NCBI RefSeq assembly: GCF_004010195.1
Contig: NC_057754.1
Coordinates: forward strand, 7,645,546 to 7,682,694
DNA: 37,149 nt
Direction of reading: 5' to 3'
Source: Chiloscyllium plagiosum
Taxonomy: Eukaryota
Positions 33,222 through 37,149 of this stretch are shown here, piece after piece. Position 1 is the stretch's first letter, and each line of letters starts with the position of its first letter. The notes below the pieces were generated by a model. That model made no database searches, was not told where the DNA came from, and was given only the letters and a program-made list of their open reading frames with translations. Made by a program: the position numbers and the translations under genes.

Positions 33222-33970
33222 TTAAATTTGTGATAACACATCTCTGATTACATTCTCATGACCCATAAGATGTACAGTTTGTAAGTTAAAAGTCTGTAAC
33301 GTAAGACTGCAATGGAATAGTCTCATATTCTTGAATTTATGGTGTTCCAAGAATGTAAGAGGATTGCGATCTATGTACACAACCATCTCTGACACATTGT
33401 TCATGATGTACATATTAAAATATTGTAAGGCTAGTACTGAACTCAATAGTTCTTTTTCGATCATGGAGTATTTCCTCTGGTGGATGTTGTGTTTCTTTGA
33501 AACGTAGCCAACTGCCAGTTCAATCCCATCACGTCTTCCTGTAGCAGTACAGCTCCAACCCCTACGTCGTTAGCATCAATGGCAACTCTGAAGGGTTTCA
33601 ATAAATTTGGTGTAGCTAAAGCTGATGCGGTGGTTAATGTTGCTTTCAAACAGTCAAATGCCTCCTGGCATTGTTCTGTCCACTGAAATCGGTTAACAGT
33701 GCTACTACACTGCTGAATTTTGGTACAGAATCCACTTAGTCCCAAGAATCAAAGCACCTCTTTCTTCGAGGTTAGTCTGGAAATTCCTCAATGGCCTTTC
33801 TATCCATGTTCTGTGGGGTCAACCTTCTGTGACGAATGTTATGCCCCAAGAACATCACCTCTGCTTTTGCGAAATCAGTTTTGTTTAAGTTTATTGCCAG
33901 TTTTGCTTCTCATAGCCATTCAAAGAGCTGTGCCACCTGTACCATGTGATCTTTCCAAGACTTACTAAAG
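33222..33970 (-). pseudogene. Gypsy pol remnant: RT C-terminus, connection domain and RNase H
   Basis: KPFRVAIDANDVGVGAVLLQ, IEKELLSSVLALQYF, VVYIDRNPL and ENVIRDVLSQI*; upstream LAINLNKTDF..VMFLGH; frameshifts and stops. Confidence 0.88.
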
Positions 33971-33979
33971 ATCACTCAC

Positions 33980-34850
33980 ATCCCTGAGAGTTGAGAAATT
34001 CCTCTTATCTTCATTCTAAACAGCTTCCTGCTTATCCTGGTTAATAGAACATAAAGCAGTACAGTGCCAAATGTGTCACAAGTTAAGCTATAATCCCTTC
34101 TGCTTGCTCTTGATCTTTATGCCCCCATACCTTTCATATTCATGTGCTTATTTAAATGGCCCTATCATAGCTGCCTCCACCACTACCTCAGCACCATGTT
34201 CCAGAATCCTACTACTCTCTGTGTTCTAATAAAAAGAATTGCCCCTCACCGTCAATGCATGCCCCCTAGAATTAGACATTTCAACTCTGGGGAAGAAAAG
34301 ATTCTGACTCTCGACCTGATCTATGCATCTCATACTTTTGTAGACTTCCATCAATGTCTCCCGCAGTGTCTGTCACTCCAGAGAAACCAACCCTGGTTTT
34401 TCTAGCCTCTCCTTATAGCTTATACCCTCTAATCCAGGTGGCAGTCTGGTAAATCTCTTATGCACCAGATCTGAAAATTCCCAATCCTTCCTGTAATGAT
34501 GTGACCAGAATTGAGTGCAATACTCCAATTGTGGCCTAACCAAAGTCTTATAAAGCTGCAACATAACATCCTGACTCTTGTAATGAATGCCCTAATCCAT
34601 AAAGGCAAGCATGCCATACACCTCCTTTACCACCCTGTCTACTCATGTGGCCACTTTCAGGGAGCTGTGGGTTTGAACCCCAAGGTCCCTCTGTACATCA
34701 ATGCTGTTCAGAGTCCTGTGTACTTTTCTTTAATATCTGATCTTCCAAAGTGCAGCACCTCACACTGACCTGGCTGAAACTCCGTCTGCCATTTCTCCAC
34801 CCATATCTGCAACTGATCTATATCCTGCTGTAACCATTCTCAACACTCCT
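33980..34850 (-). mobile_element. CR1 LINE 3' region
   Basis: MLQLYKTLVRPQLEYCTQFWS..KRFTRL peptide. Confidence 0.85.
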
Positions 34851-35545
34851 TGACCAGCGAAGCATTGTTTCTGCATCTACTCTATCAAGGCCAATAGAAG
34901 TGTTCTGAACTCCCAACTTGATTTAGGACTGTCTTAAGGTGACAGTCCTTCAATTTGCACTTCTTCACAAGTGGCAACATATTCTCTCTCTAGACTCACT
35001 ACATTAGAAGCTTTCCTAATTGTGATGGCCTCAGCTTTTATCGTTCCCTTTTCAAGAGTATCCTCATGGTCCTTTCCTGATTTGTATGCTGGGCAGGAAA
35101 GTGAACCTTTGTTCATTCATTGTCGTTGTGACCACAGGGAAGTGGCCCATCAATATCTTCTCCGGTTTTCTTCAAACCCCTCTCAGCTACACCTCAATCC
35201 ACCCTGCTGAGTTTTCCTCTTCTGTTTTCAGTCTCCATTTTCTCTGCAATTGTTGCAATAATACATTCGTTGGCTCTTTGCCTCTAATGTCCATGTTTGG
35301 CTGTCATTCTTTCTAAGCGTATGTCGTAACTCCTGAATTTCACTTGCCCTAACGCACTGGTTTGACTTTCTACCCCTCCAATGGCTTCTGAGAGTCCTCC
35401 ACACACACATTTTCAAATCTGTTGTCCACCCACTGTCCTCTTCAGAGCCCAACTCTCGTCTTTGCAGAGGGCAAGACGCCACACCAGTGACTAGACTTCC
35501 TGCCAGATGGTGATGAAATTGCTGTTTGTGCATTAGCTGAAGCTT

Positions 35546-35920
35546 ATATAGATAGGGTGGTTAAGGAGGTGTTTAGCCCACTTGCCTTCATTGCGCAGAC
35601 CTTTGAGTATAAGAGTTGGGACGTCATGTTGAGGTTGTACAGAACGATGGTCTGGAGTACTGTGTCCAGTTCTGGTGGCCCTGTTACAGGAAGGCAATTA
35701 TCAAGCTGGAGTGGGGGTAGAAAAGATTAACCAGGATGTTGCTGGGAATGGAGGGTTTGGATAGGCTGGCACCTATTTTCCACTGGAGCGTAGGAGGTTG
35801 AGAAGTGACCTTATAGAGGTTTATAAAGTCATGAGGGGTATAGATAATGTGAATGGCAGGTGTCTTTTCCCTAGGGTGGGGGATTTCAAGACTAGGGGGT
35901 ATATTTGTAATGTGAGAGAA
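35546..35920 (+). mobile_element. CR1 LINE 3' region
   Basis: LEYCVQFWWPCYRK and LRSDLIEVYKVMRGID readings. Confidence 0.85.
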
Positions 35921-36139
35921 GGAAGAGTTTTGAACTAGAAGCTCTGGGTTGGAGTGGATGTGTGTTTGTAGCATAGCCAAACAGATTTTGTTTGACTTAT
36001 GAATCCTTCCAACACATGTCACTGGCAGGGTGTGTGTGTGAGAGACCTTGTGAGCCAATGTGTTGGAAAGAAATTGGAATATGTGTCATCACCATCCATA
36101 GATTCTACGACATGCATATAGAAGTTGACCGTATTGATT

Positions 36140-36859
36140 TGTTAGGACACGGTGGTGAACCCTTCTGTTAATTAAACCAAACACCCAGAAAATCGCACCT
36201 CGCCACAATCTGTTAAAGTACAAATGACAGAGAACTCCCAAATTCCATTATTTGAAGAAGAAATAGCATGTTATTCTTTAACCCTCAAATTGAACATTAA
36301 ACAACAACTATTTACAACTCTAAGCCTCCTTTCTCTTCAAGTTTTGTTCCCTACCTCCACCTCTGTAACAATATACTGATCCAATAAAAGCCCCTATTAA
36401 AATTGCATCACCTTAATTGTCAAAACCACCTAGTAGCTGTCGGCATTGGTGTCTGTCTTCTTTCAGCTGCAGATCTCCCTGGGTTGGCTTTGGTCTTTTG
36501 CTGCAAAGTTGTTTCATGTGAAAAAGGTCCCTTTGATGGAGAGTGTTTTGAATGCTAGTCGCTCTGTAGATGCCAGTTTACTCTCTCTGGCTAACTCTCA
36601 AAATGCCACTTTCTTTATACTCCAAACATCAGATAGTCTCTGGTTCGATGTTGTTAAAACATTAAATTTGAATTCGATTGGGTTTTAGTATCTTGGGGCA
36701 TAATTTAAATTTGAAATCAGCCAAATGTTACATCTTTTCAATTTTCCAACACACTCTGAGACTGCTAGTCAGTCACATGACAAATGCCTGCAAACACTCA
36801 GTGCAAAACGGTTTTCACTTTCTCTTAAAGGTACAGTACACGCCTTTAACTTCATAACA
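36140..36859 (-). mobile_element. Solo Gypsy LTR related to the 31511-33056 LTR
   Basis: TGTTAGGA...TCATAACA termini, colinear shared blocks (AATCTGTTAAA, TTATTCTTTAA, CATTAAATT..TGGGGCAT.ATTTAAA), flanks GATT/GAGT. Confidence 0.7.
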
Positions 36860-36904
36860 GAGTGGCGGAACAGACTCACTGGGCCAAATGGCCTACATTA
36901 CAGC

Positions 36905-37149
36905 TGTGCTGAGGGAGGATATTCCCGGAAATATATCCACGGAAGTTATTTGGGTGGAACTGAGAAATAAGAAAGGGATTGGGACTGTATTATAGACCCC
37001 CCCAATAGTCAGAGGGAAATTGAGAAACAAACTTGTAAGGAGATCTCAGCTATCTGTAAGAATAATAGGGTAGTTATGGTAGGGGATTTTAACTTTCCAA
37101 ACATCGACTGGGACTGCCATAATGTTAAAGGTTTAGATGGAGAGGAATT
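36905..37149 (+). mobile_element. CR1 ORF2 endonuclease region, runs off the window
   Basis: PPNSQREIEKQ..NRVVMVGDFNFPNIDW. Confidence 0.88.

Overview
Repeat-dense genomic DNA from a cartilaginous fish, inferred from HE1-type tRNA SINEs and CR1/HER1-type LINEs. The only recognisable host gene is a GC-rich RBM4/RBM14 (lark) family two-RRM ORF (12349-12975, +). It follows a 160-bp tandem duplication of a CRE+TATA core promoter, and is followed by candidate 3' UTR splice sites, a structured intron-like region, a G-quadruplex motif and a polyA signal. A second CpG-island promoter lies at ~1840-2350, and splice signals suggest a longer + strand transcription unit. The most striking non-gene signal is a set of small, often self-inverted insertions with 10-15 bp target-site duplications carrying minimal hammerhead-ribozyme cores of several sequence families, as known for Penelope-like retroelements; three cores look intact or nearly so. 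The right end holds a truncated Gypsy element whose pol ends at RNase H (Gmr1-like), nested insertions and a related solo LTR. Repeat boundaries were read by eye and are approximate; no searches or folding were run.
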